Below, one piece after another: positions 52,578 through 64,000 of a stretch of 64,000 nt of DNA. The notes below the pieces were generated by a model that did not search any database, was not told where the DNA came from, and saw nothing but the letters and a program-made list of their open reading frames with translations. A program made the translations under genes and the position numbers. The DNA comes from Auanema rhodensis (Eukaryota > Animalia > Nematoda), in NCBI GenBank assembly GCA_964057225.1, contig OZ059898.1, positions 8,680,001-8,744,000 on the forward strand, in the 5' to 3' direction. Position 1 is the first letter of the stretch, and every line of letters starts with the position of its first letter.

Positions 52578-53160
52578 ATGCACGATGGATTGGGCGATGA
52601 AGAAGAACTTGATCACCATGTCATCATCGTCAATGGTCAACGGAAACGGGTAGACGCCTTCAAATATATGTTATAATGTTTTCAGACGTATGTGGACCGG
52701 TTTTAGAATAAAAGAACAATAGGAATTTGTACAAATCCATGAGCGAACCATGGAACAATTTTCAAAAATTACAATCAGCAGGTTACAAGTTGGCAAGCTA
52801 ATTAGAATGCTATTATTCGAAATGCTCATGAAAAGCTATATTCTAATACTACTGATTAATGACCATTGTCAAACATTTTCATGAAAAGGTGAGTCGAGAA
52901 AGAAAATACATAGTTTTTTGAAGATACATGCCAATAAAATGATTGAAATACACTAGAAAGAGTAGTTTTGTGAAACATCTATTTATTTTACAACGTAGCA
53001 TTAATGGATAACATTACAGAAACTATGAGAAATGAATTAACAAATTTTTTCAGCAAACAGCTAGAAGAAGCAATTGTTCAACGCAGTCTTGGATGAAAAT
53101 CGTCCACGAAATAGATATATATAAGGCTTTATTTAAATGTATTGGGATACAATATCCAAT
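52578..53160 (+). mobile_element. Decayed Mutator/MULE-like transposase C-terminal remnant
   Basis: Stop-riddled frames give NYNQQVTSWQAN*NAIIRNAHEKLY and YLNVLGYNI, resembling the RTNNxxExWHxxxNxxxxxxHP..Y and YLxxxxxNI motifs of MULE C-termini. Confidence 0.35.
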
Positions 53161-53745
53161 ATATAATATTACCTAGGTTTCATAGTGAGGTACACCCGGG
53201 GCACATAAATGAAACACAAAATTACTTTTTGCACATTGGTTACAATGTCTACTTAAGTCAACCTAAGCTCGAGTGAATTACAACTTAAAACATCAATTTC
53301 AAACAAACACAAAACAATAACAGTTTAATAAAAATTAGGTCAACATGTGCTAACAACTTTGATCATATATTTCATATAAACTATAATTATATTTAGTAAA
53401 GTTTCTGAAAATACAGACAACAAAAACAGTAAGGCCGCATGGCATGAACAAGTCAACAAAATCTAACGTAAACATAATTAAAATCAACAAATGTGCATAA
53501 TTATTAGTCAAAAAAAATTGAAATTACAATCAAATTTCCTCAAATTGCAATCGAATATGCGCATTTGGATAAAACGGATTAAAGTATGGTACTTTACATT
53601 AATACGCAATTTGATATTCACTGACGTAAAATTACGGAATTCTTTGAAAGAAATTCTATTAATGAAAAGAATTTATCTTAATGTTTTTTTTTGCTTTAAT
53701 TATATATTTTTTATTTCATTTTTAACTTAAATTTTACAGGTAAAT

Positions 53746-54216
53746 ATGCCGATGTTTCATGTTTCTCGAACAACGCGCCTCATAAACTACTGGAAGGTTT
53801 GTATTGCATACTATCTTGCTTCAAAATTTTCCTGTTATATATAATTAGATACATTTTTGTGTTAATTAATTAATTGATGTTTTAGGCTCTTCCTCGCAGA
53901 ATGCTTAAAACGTATCCGGAACAAACCATTTGCTTCGCTACATTTGGAACTGCCACGCTCATCATGGCTGCTTACAAGTTGAGACAATTCGGCACTGAAG
54001 GAGGCAAGTTTTGATACTTCCTTTTTTTTAATATGTTTATCAATCTTAGCTAAGCCATGGTATAGAGGATACTATGATGTAGTCAGGCCAAATGACCCCA
54101 TTGCTTTGAACTGGAGAAAGCCAGAGGTAATTAACATTTAGAATTTTATTTTATAATACTATTTTTAGGAATACCCAGCACCTTATCTTTCTTCCAAAGT
54201 TGAAACTGCTCATTAG
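53746..54216 (+). CDS. Small single-TM mitochondrial-type protein, probable complex I NDUFA3-like subunit (4 exons)
   Basis: MPMFHVSRTTRLINYWK|ALPRRMLKTYPEQTICFATFGTATLIMAAYKLRQFGTEG|AKPWYRGYYDVVRPNDPIALNWRKPE|EYPAPYLSSKVETAH*; YxxxYxVxRPxDP follows the TM segment. Intron 2 is GC-AG. Confidence 0.6.
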
Positions 54217-55457
54217 ATTTTGTAGAATATAGCGATTCAATTTGTAGATTTATTCGTTCGGAAAATGAATAATATTTTCATATAATCGTTATTATTTGAT
54301 TCATAACTTATCGCTACAAGAAATTAATTCAATTAATAATTGTATCGAACTTAGTATGAGTGAGAGCGATATCATAATTCAAATGTCGTGTAAGTGTTTT
54401 GTTAAATATAATTGGCTTTTTTTTGGCTGTGAACTGATACATATTATAGAGTTAGATAAACTCTTGATACCAATCGAAGGGCTTATGAATAGATTAATGT
54501 AGTTTATATTACTTTTTTCATATTACCTTCTCATTTTCTGTACAACTATAGATGGATATCTGGAGTATATTATGGGTCAATTCTTGCTATCTCATCTGAT
54601 AACCATACCAAAAGCGTTATATTATGAGAACAGTTAGGTATATTTACAGTTTTTCTTCTGTGGATCACAAACCATAACATTTTGTTTTCTCAAAACATTA
54701 GTTAATCAAATCAGCTCACAATCATGAAAATCAGTTGAAAATGACCTGCAAACTTTTCGTATTGTTTCTTGTTATTTTTACCAGCATCTCAACATTAAGC
54801 ATTCTTTGGTTGAGTACAATTGTTTTCTAAAGAGTGATGCTTTATGAAAATATATTTCTATTTGATAAGTTTCATCACTTGTTACAAAGATTGGAGACGT
54901 TAACATAATAAAAGCAATGTCCTACAAAGTACTTTTTCCAAAAGCTTCCCGTTCCTAAGGTCAGAATCATTATAGAGGAAAAATAATTATATGAACTTAA
55001 TTACCAACGCATATGAGATAGAGTGATCTATTCTTATTCGGAATAGCAATTGAACAGCCTAGAGGTCGGAGGGGGATTGAAAGCAGTATATCCGAAGCTC
55101 TCATATTTCATGATGTGCTACGGCATTTTGTTCTAAGTCTATATACCACTTCACATAACATATGTAGTTTATATCGAGCAATATATTTGGAGTAGAATTC
55201 TCCTATTACCTCGCCGATCATCTATTTAACTTCTGTTTTTAGTTTAAATCATGCATTTGCCATTCTCCCTTGTAGAGCACGCAAAACTAGGGGCGGGACC
55301 AGTAATAGGCGTGCTACGTTCTAGCGCTGCCGGTGACACAAGATATAATCGGAGTAGAGAGAGAGAGAAAAGAGGTTTCAGAAGGTGAATCTCATCTATA
55401 TTCAGTTGTAACTATATGTCTACTTTTCTATTTCAACCTTCTCCTTCTTGGATAACC

Positions 55458-57939
55458 ATGAATGGTTTATACTTACTGTTTGTTCTATCGGTAGTCGATG
55501 CTTATTCTTTATGCAACGAAGTAAGTTTTTTTTATTTAAACGAGATTGTTCTCAATTAAATTATAAATGGTTATCTTGTTTTTCAATATTTCATTTTTCA
55601 TTGCATTGTATAACTTTACAACTGACTTCTGTTCATGTCAGCACTTTTGCGCATACTTCTTGAACAATCTGAGCTTATCTAAATCATTCGAATATTTGAA
55701 TGATATATTGAAGTAAGCCAGTTATAATTGTTTGTTTTACTAATACTGTAGTTTTTATTTAAAAAAAAAATTTTTTTTTTGGTTCTTGTGCACCCAAAAC
55801 TACGGACCATCATATGGTTTGCGGTCGATATAACTGTCACAAACCACGGAAAATACCGGAAGCAAATGAAAAACTAATCGGCTTTTATTTTTCGTTTTTC
55901 TCCCTTTTCTCATTTCAAATATGACAAACAAGTGTTTGGGAATTTTAAAAATTAAGTCAGCTTGTTGATTTGGTGTATTCGTTCATTATATAATCTGATG
56001 GTTTATGTGGCATTCCGTATTCATACGGATTGTCTGTTGGCTCATTACAACGTTAATTCAGAATTTCTTTGCATTTACTATGAACTTAGACCAGCTTTGC
56101 ACATTCATGAATCGATGAACTTAATTATGAGCAAAAATTTAAGTTTAGAGATATAGTCTTATGTTTGGAAAAGACACAAAGAAACTAATATGTAGAGTTA
56201 GACGAGTAATTAATCATAATTAACTGCATCCTGTTGTTATTGCAGTAATTTGTACTCTCTCGTGGTTCTATTTGATCTGTCTTTTGTGCTTGTCTGATTG
56301 ACTTTCTTGGAACTTACTCTAACTTCACATATTCTTCATATAACAAATATCAAAACAATAGTTTCTTTGGTTATTGTGTTATGAGGGAAGGAAGAAAGAT
56401 AAAATCATTCTTGGATCTGTTAATATGCGTATCCTTCCATTTGCAATTTCCGTTTACATGACTTATTCACCTTCTTTCTGTTCAATGCACGTACAGTTGC
56501 TTTATTATCTTACGTATCTTACCAAAATCGTTTAATGTGCGAATGGTCCAGGCGGAAGAATAAGGTGAGATTGAGGCTACTTGTTGCAAGACAGGCAAAA
56601 GCGATAAGAATCGTTTGATTGCGACTAGTCAACATTGATTTCCAATTTAACGTTCAAATGTTAGACATCGCTTTTTATATTATTTATGCCGCAACTGGGT
56701 TCGTTTATAGAAAATCTGATTTTGAAGGAGCAGAACATAATGCTGTGCTAGTTTTTGCCAAATATATAGGAGCATATATCCGGTAGCGGAAATACCACTC
56801 TTATAGAAAGGTGGTAGCTAGCGGAATTCCCAAATCATATTAAAACATATAAGCGGAAATTACTTGATCTTTATGTTGTTGTGAAGCTTGAAGCTTCATC
56901 CATCAAGCTTAAAAGCCATGATCGACCACTCAGAGAGTTGGTTTTAAAAGATAGAAGAGGTCAGCTGAGGTGGAGACATATTCATCAAAGAGGGTATAGA
57001 GGTATGGATATATGGCTGGTTACGTTTTTATGATGTTCGGATTCTCTTGGCTTGTTTTATGTAATGTGATCGGCAGTTTTTCGGCATCTTTGATCTGACT
57101 GTCTATTTCTCTTACTTTGTTTCTTCTTTTTTTCTTGTTTTCTGTTTTATTCCAATCTACCGAATTGTAGTGGAAGCAACGACTGCGATATCCCATCTCT
57201 CATCCCAGGTTCATAAACCTTACAGGTTTACAAGAGGTTAAGGTCTTGGTAGATGTAAAACGGTTCATATCTTCTAATCAACAGACGATGTAGAATAAAT
57301 CGATCAGAAGATGAAATAGTAATTTCTATTGTATCATATATTTCCATATTGTTATGGTTTGTATTTTCGTTTCCAACATATGAGGGCATGTGGTTATATG
57401 AGGTGATTCCTCCAGTATCTTCTTCAGTCTGCTGTTAGATGAGAACCAACAGAAGGCTCACCTGTAATCAGATATAATCCGAATACATAAAGTAAAAGGG
57501 AAAGCATGAGAAAAAATATTCAAAGAAATAAAGCTACTAGCTACTATTAAAGTGAATATCATACATGCCCAAACATATATATGTACAAGTTTTAAATGAA
57601 AGATTTGTTTTTTTCATTATTTATTAAAACTATTTGTATTTTTTACTTCTTCTAAATATAACTTCTTTCTTATCTATTCTATCATTTACGAACAAAAATA
57701 AATAGATTTGTTTAAATTATTTGGTTGTGTTTGGTAAATGCTATAAAGCTGCATATACTTACTTGTTTTTAAAATAGTTTTTTTTTGTTTCCTAAATTGA
57801 AGTAGATATAGTGTCTGTATTGATGACTTTGAATGACACTTCTGAAAAAAAAGCATTCAGTCATTCTTCATTCATAATTCTTTAATGCTTATAAAACATA
57901 AATTTAAACATATCCGGTGCATTATTGTATATTTTAGTT

Positions 57940-57987
<48 letters not shown>

Positions 57988-60430
57988 CATATATTATAAT
58001 CATTTTTAATAAGCATATAGTGCTTAAAAACGTTATATTTACCTATAAACAGTAACTATATGAATTGCGTAGCGTTCAGTCATGGTCAGAAGCAATGGGA
58101 GATTGAGTTTCAATACTTGTAACTGTATTTGAAGGTCGATTAAGTACTTTAAGCAAACATTTCCAATTTACTAAGAACAGTATATTCTTTCTTTTATTTC
58201 CATCATTAAGAATTTTATAATATTTTTCATTTTCTCACTAAAACAAATGTTTTATAATATGGCTAAAATGAAAATCGAATTGAGTTTCACATAAAAACTT
58301 TTTTTCTTTTGAAGTGCTGTCTCTCGATACCATCATCATCCGTTTCAACTCCACATTTTTGTTGAAGGTCATAGTTTTGTGGATAAAAGATCATAAAGCC
58401 ATGTTCTAGAAACAGTTTATAGCACATTAATTACTGCGGGTTGCTTATATGTTACTGAAATTAGTGTCCTTTCAAATAATGTAGAAAATCAAATTTTGTT
58501 TTTCTGTAATTGAGACTTTAATGCTTCAGTTAAAATTTGTTATTAAATTAATATTAGAATATTATAAAATGACGTAAGGCGTAATAGTTAATGAATTAAT
58601 GTTTTATGAAAATAAGATTCATAGAATAGGTTGCTTTCATGAAATGTTTTTAAATAAATTGTATTATAGAACACCAGATATGAATGTGAATGTACGACAT
58701 TGTGCTGGGACATTGTTACATCAGAAGAAACAATTGATTGGCTTTCTATTTCTATTTCTGACTGTCCACCTCAATTTAACGAATCAGTTTTCCGAAAAAA
58801 AATAGCTGGTTGGGTTAATGAAGGTTAGTTTAACTATTAAGACAGAGATGAGAAATACGTCTTGTTTCAGAATGTAACTCTGCCTTAAATTGTAATTTAA
58901 ATAACATACTATCTGAGAAAGAAATCGTGATTGGAGAATATTCCTGCCATTCTGAACAGAAAGAAATACGTATTTTGGCTTTGCGTAATGGTAGTAATCC
59001 TATAGAACAAAGTAAGTATATTATTCTATATATATATATATATAATTAAAACAAATAACTTATTTCTTTGATGCTATAAGTTAAACGATTTGTAACTGTT
59101 TGATCATTCAAGGTTTACCATACATTCAGTAAACAGTACTTTGAATAGGCGCTATGCCTGTCCAACTTTAAAAGGTAGCAATTATAAAACTATTAACGGC
59201 TTAGAAAAGATCACTTTTGTCTTTCCATTGAATATCGACCTCAAATATACTAAGCTATATTACATTGACAATAATTTGAAAGAAAGTTCTCAAAATGATG
59301 AGAAACTGACTAGCACATGTCAAAATCCTCTATTTTAACTGACAATATGTAGTGACCTTCATCTTCAAAAGACAATATATTTGTATTAACTTAAATGGAT
59401 ACACAAAATTATCTTCATCTTAGTTCTTATATATATAAATTGTAAAAACAATATATATATATATAGGATGTTATAAATGAAAGAAATACAATATGAAATC
59501 GAAGTTATCCTATAATTGCTTTTTCCAATTCATTATAGTTAGTCAAATACTTAACCTGACCATCTGGCTACTATTTGAAATTTATAGCAGGTTACAAAGA
59601 GAACATGCTTCTTTGTGTTTGAATTTTAAATCAAAATGAGAAATCGAGTCTTCAGTTTTCAATTTAGATTGAAAGCTACTTATACCATTAAAGAACATGG
59701 AATACATTTATTTTTCAATAAAATGTCAAAGCTACTGGTGATATATGACAAATGGTTTTCTGCATATTATTATTCAGAAAAACAAAAAAAAATTGTGAAA
59801 AATGATTCATCTAAGTAGCAGCTTTTGAAGATTCTTTTTCACAGTTTGATATAAAATTTTTTACATAACGTGGAAGAGAAAAAGAGGGATAGAGGGAGAT
59901 AGTGAATGAAAATGAGAATTTACAGTGAGCAAGCATATTCTCATATGAAATAACGTACTTATAACATATTAGCATACAAACATATTATTTTCAGATAACA
60001 TAGTAGGCTCAAACTTAATTGGACAAGTAATACAAAGCCGTGAACATTTGTTATCATTTATACTTCATGCTGATCTCCATGCTGTTACTCTGCATCGTAG
60101 ATTTAGAGGTATAAAACGAATAACAATGCAGAATCCTTAATAAATTATTTCTTTAGTTAGTAGCAAGATTCAGAAAGATTCGTTGCGTTGGTCTCTTATT
60201 GTCTTCAGCACCCTTTTTGCTGTTTTAATATTTGTGATAGGATCTATCATTTACTTTTCACAGATTTATATAAATTGGAAACGAATTGTGAAAGGTAAAT
60301 GGCAATCAAAAGAATATCGTAAGGTTAGTTTAAATGAAAATACATGTTGAAAAATTAAAATTTTTTAAAATTAAAGGTTCCTAATGTACGGTATAGTGTT
60401 GATGAAATTGAAACCGGAGGCCACATCTAG
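55458..60430 (+). CDS. Type I single-pass membrane protein, uncharacterised
   Basis: Signal exon MNGLYLLFVLSVVDAYSLCNE|gtaagt; 2.8-kb intron; in-phase exons from 58315 (CCLSIP.., YECECTTLCWD.., ECNSALNC..); TM WSLIVFSTLFAVLIFVIGSIIYF; tail VPNVRYSVDEIETGGHI*. Confidence 0.75.
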
Positions 60431-60956
60431 AAATCAGACTTGTACTTCATCTCTAACCTCGCATGCAATTTACAAGAGCTTTCAAAATATGCATATTTTT
60501 ATGTACATTATTATATATTTTTTTATTATTATTTTATTCATGAATACTGCTTTATTTACGTTTTCTTTTTTTTTATTTCCATGAAATAAAAATATATTTA
60601 AATGTTTTTTTTTAATGTATTATGTACTACGTACTTATTCACTATTAATTTTAATATGTTAGAAAAGTAATAGGAGATAAAGTATTGCTGTAAACATTTG
60701 AATTCACCGGATATATAAGAAATCAATAAGCTATTAATAGCATTTATATGAAAAAGGTGTAATGAGAAATATTTACATTCAAATATACATACATGAAGTA
60801 ATGTCTGATTTCCTTACTAGGAATTGAGGAGAGTAAAGAATAGTGTTTAGTGCTTAGAGTTCTTGTTGGCAACTTGATGATGAAACAAGTCAAGTATATT
60901 TCCTCTTAAGTAACATAAAAATAATATTATGAATTATATTTCTTTTTATATTTAAT

Positions 60957-61602
60957 ATGAATGACTGTTCTCAAAAACTTATACGTTTATCTAAAATAAT
61001 AAATGGATCTACACCATTAGATGAGTATGAGGAGGTGACATTATTTATAATTTATTTTTAAATCTATATAAATTCAATTAAAAAGAGAATAGTTATATAT
61101 TATGATATAATATATTATATTTTAGAACAGTTATATTCTAGAAAATAGATTATTTGCAGAATTTTGTAAGTTTAATGAATAGTTTATCTATTCATTATAC
61201 TGGATCATTAACAGAAGCACGAAATCAAATCTCACTTAAAGAGGTACAATTCTATTTATAAAATATTATTTTTTAAATTTTGAAGGCACAATGGAATTAT
61301 CTTTCATTTTGTGATAAATATAGCTTATCTAAGCTATACTATAACTTCAATCATGAATTAGCAAGACGAGATATAATGGAACGGTTATTATAATTTATAT
61401 TATAAATTTAAATATAATAAATAATTCTAATTTCAGAAAAAAATATTTTTTAAAAACCTTTAAGTTGGCTGTATTGAAATGTACAAAAGCTGGAGTTGCA
61501 TTACAAAAGAAAAAAATTAAGTTTTTAACTTTATTTAAATATTTGATATTGAATATTCAAGATGAAAAGAAAAGTTATATTTCAAATATAATTACATCAT
61601 GA
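60957..61602 (+). CDS. Small uncharacterised protein; 3' end ambiguous (61565 if the last 41-nt intron is spliced)
   Basis: In-phase exons MNDCSQKLIRLSKIINGSTPLDEYEE|NFVSLMNSL..|AQWNYLSFCDKY..RDIMER|KKYFLKTFKLAVLKC. Confidence 0.6.
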
Positions 61603-61700
61603 AAATGACACAACTTTTATAAATCATTTATCAAATATACAAATAAACAATCACAGTTAAAAAAATAATAACGATAAATAACATTAAGTTCTAGTTTACT

Positions 61701-61992
61701 TTAGTGAACTTGAACAACTTTAGTTTTTACGGAAGAAACTTTTGTATCAGACTTGCAGCATAAAACATGTTGCATTACAGAAAAATCTTTTTTTGTTGGT
61801 GAAGCATTTCGATTTAAATTAACAGAAACACTCTGTAAATAATTATTTTATTTACATGAATAAAAAAATAAAATTTGAACAAAAAAAAAAGTTTCAAATA
61901 AAATTTTAATTTTGACTTACTTTACCAGTTGATACAAATAATGGACCGATCCTACTATCATTATTTTCTTCCTTTGATGTAATTATTCCCAT
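61701..61992 (-). CDS. Micro-protein (~67 aa) with N-myristoylation-type start
   Basis: TTTTTTCAG acceptor 1 nt before ATG; MGIITSKEENNDSRIGPLFVSTGK|gtaagt..|SVSVNLNRNASPTKKDFSVMQHVLCCKSDTKVSSVKTKVVQVH*. Confidence 0.6.
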
Positions 61993-62068
61993 TCTGAAAA
62001 AATATAGACACTAATAATAATTTATTAATTATGTATTAAGACAAAAAAAAATATTTTGTATTTTAGAT

Positions 62069-62307
62069 ATGGAGAATCCATATTGGCGTTTCTATATGGA
62101 ACAAGAATATATCAAAGAGAAGCCAAAGAAGAAACCAAAAACAAAGCCACAAACATTCAAAGTAAAAAAATTGAAACTTAAAAAAAAAACATTTTAATTC
62201 AGACGGCTGTTAAACGTGCAGTTTTAGAACAAAAATTACATGATACTTCAAAAGATCCTTGGGATATATTTTTTTATACAACTTACCTTTATAACGATAA
62301 AGATTAA
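62069..62307 (+). CDS. Micro-protein (~64 aa), Lys-rich
   Basis: TTTTAG acceptor 2 nt before ATG; MENPYWRFYMEQEYIKEKPKKKPKTKPQTFK|TAVKRAVLEQKLHDTSKDPWDIFFYTTYLYNDKD* with a phase-0 intron. Confidence 0.55.
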
Positions 62308-63140
62308 CTTTAAAAAAAAAGTTTTTCGAAAAATAAAAACATAGAATGGATCAAGCCTTATACATCTAGATTGAATTAGATATTAGAATGCATTTTCTGA
62401 ATTTTTCATAGAATTTATAATAATAATAAAGATGAAAGTTGATGCAGATTCATTTATCATGGAAATGATAATCGAAAGCAGTTGAATTGCTATTGCTTAG
62501 TGATGAAATAGATCTGATTTTAATATTTTTCTCTCTTGAGGCTAGGAGATTCAAATGTGACCAGAGAACATTAAGGAAATTATTTCTTTTTGAATCCGGA
62601 AACCATTGACGTATGCATAGATCATATTTTCTCTCAGTCCAGCTTTAATGCGTTATAAATTGGAAAATTGATTATGACTTTTATTATTTTTCATAAATTC
62701 AATGAAAAAATTCTAAAAGTTGAAAAATCATATATCTATGTATATAACAATATATGTGATGTATGTTATATCGTTATATTCTATTTTCTTTGTTTTTGTC
62801 ATTAATATTAGAATATTTATATATAAAGGCTTCATATAAAGAATCTTCTTTTACTCTAAATTGCAAGGACTTCTGTCGAAGTGGAGAAAAAAAAAAGAAA
62901 TTTATTCCATTTGAAATTATAATAATAATATAAATACATGATAATATAAAGCTGAACATAGAATACAAAAAAATTTCAATTGAATTAGAATGCTGAGTCT
63001 AATTCAAAATAATTATACAAAGTTCACATACGCTTTTGACTTAAAAAAAGTGCTTTACAAACAAAAATAATTTTGTTTTCTTAAGCATTAATTTCATTTT
63101 AAAAGTCTCCTTTTCTAGAACTTTATTACTATAAGAATAT

Positions 63141-63972
63141 TCAATGGAAAACATTGTTCTGAATTTTTCCAACGCTTTTTGTTGCGCCATATTCTAAAAT
63201 TATTGGAGGATTCAATGAAACTTTTGAAGAATGTACCTGATTTATAGTCCAACTCCTTTTTTAGTGAATCATTCTCAATGTGCCCATTGTTAAATTTTGC
63301 AATCAAATCGTTGATTTTCTCTGAAATGTTAGAATTATTATTTGCGTTTTAAACAAGAATGAATATACTTCTTGGAAGTATTTCTTCAGAAGTAACTTTT
63401 GGTTTAGCATCCAAGATTACCGCACTAGCTGGGGGAGGCCACACGTTTGTGTCCAACTTCTGAATCGAGTCCGTAATATTGTCCGAAACCAAATTAAATA
63501 CCTTAGGGTTAAGAACTTCAATTGGAGCACAGTTTTCTGTATCACCAGAAGGTGACATAGGGGGACTGGCAATGCGAACTTCACTCAACTTTTCTACAAC
63601 GACTTCTTGCTCTTTCTTTTCCATTTCCGGTTCCTCGTAAATTTTATGGCTTTCGAGTGTAGATTGCTCGTTTTCCTCAATCATTTCAGGTTCATGAGCT
63701 TCTTGATGTTCCACAAATTCGGGGACTTCATTAATTTCCAGTGTTTCAATAATCTGAGGAACTACTTCTTTTTCCTGGAGATCCAGGCTTGGTTCAGTTG
63801 GAATTTCCTCATCTTTCACTGTTTGAAAGTGATCAACATCGCTTTCTTGGAGAACTTCAGGGATCGAAGTTTCTGAATTCAGTTTAAAAGAAGCTGTTGA
63901 TTTGTTTTCAATACCTTCTTCCTCGACAATTGGAGCTGGAGTAGATTCTTCGATGATTTGCTCTTCCGACAT
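63141..63972 (-). CDS. Glu-rich, largely disordered protein with a short structured-looking C-terminus
   Basis: TTTTCAG acceptor before ATG; long acidic exon containing NVWPPP; spliced C-terminus KKINDLIAKFNNG...DYKSE|YGATKSVGKIQNNVFH*. Confidence 0.8.
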
Positions 63973-64000
63973 AGCTGAAAATTATTCATTCAGAAATAAA

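Noticed and set aside
54296-54640. Exon-like fragments downstream of the NDUFA3-like gene
   Set aside because: No consistent open spliced frame could be built.

Overview
Very AT-rich eukaryotic DNA, densely packed with genes split by ~40-60 nt GT-AG introns, many with a TTTTCAG/TTTTAG-type acceptor just before the ATG (consistent with SL trans-splicing). It is almost certainly a rhabditid (clade V) nematode. The supplied ORF track mostly shows exon fragments and antisense noise, so gene models were spliced by hand. Recognisable genes: olrn-1 (Raw-repeat protein), an S10 serine carboxypeptidase, a sterol/fatty-acid hydroxylase, a class I SAM methyltransferase resembling bacterial ToxA-type enzymes, odr-1 (receptor guanylyl cyclase), an Srh/Sri-type chemoreceptor, an M14B carboxypeptidase, a carnitine acyltransferase ending in SKL with two alternative first exons, an OSBP-related protein and an NDUFA3-like micro-protein, plus about ten uncharacterised genes. 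The most anomalous locus is ~18.75-21.25 kb. Two ~100-bp modules each occur twice in inverted orientation and frame two divergent, unrelated orphan ORFs. One ORF is decayed and GC-rich; the other is intact and has grown by tandem exon+intron duplication. Other highlights are an isolated GC-rich 127-nt foldable segment at 42.9 kb and a pair of interleaved antisense micro-genes at 61.7-62.3 kb. No database searches were run; family assignments rest on recalled motifs.
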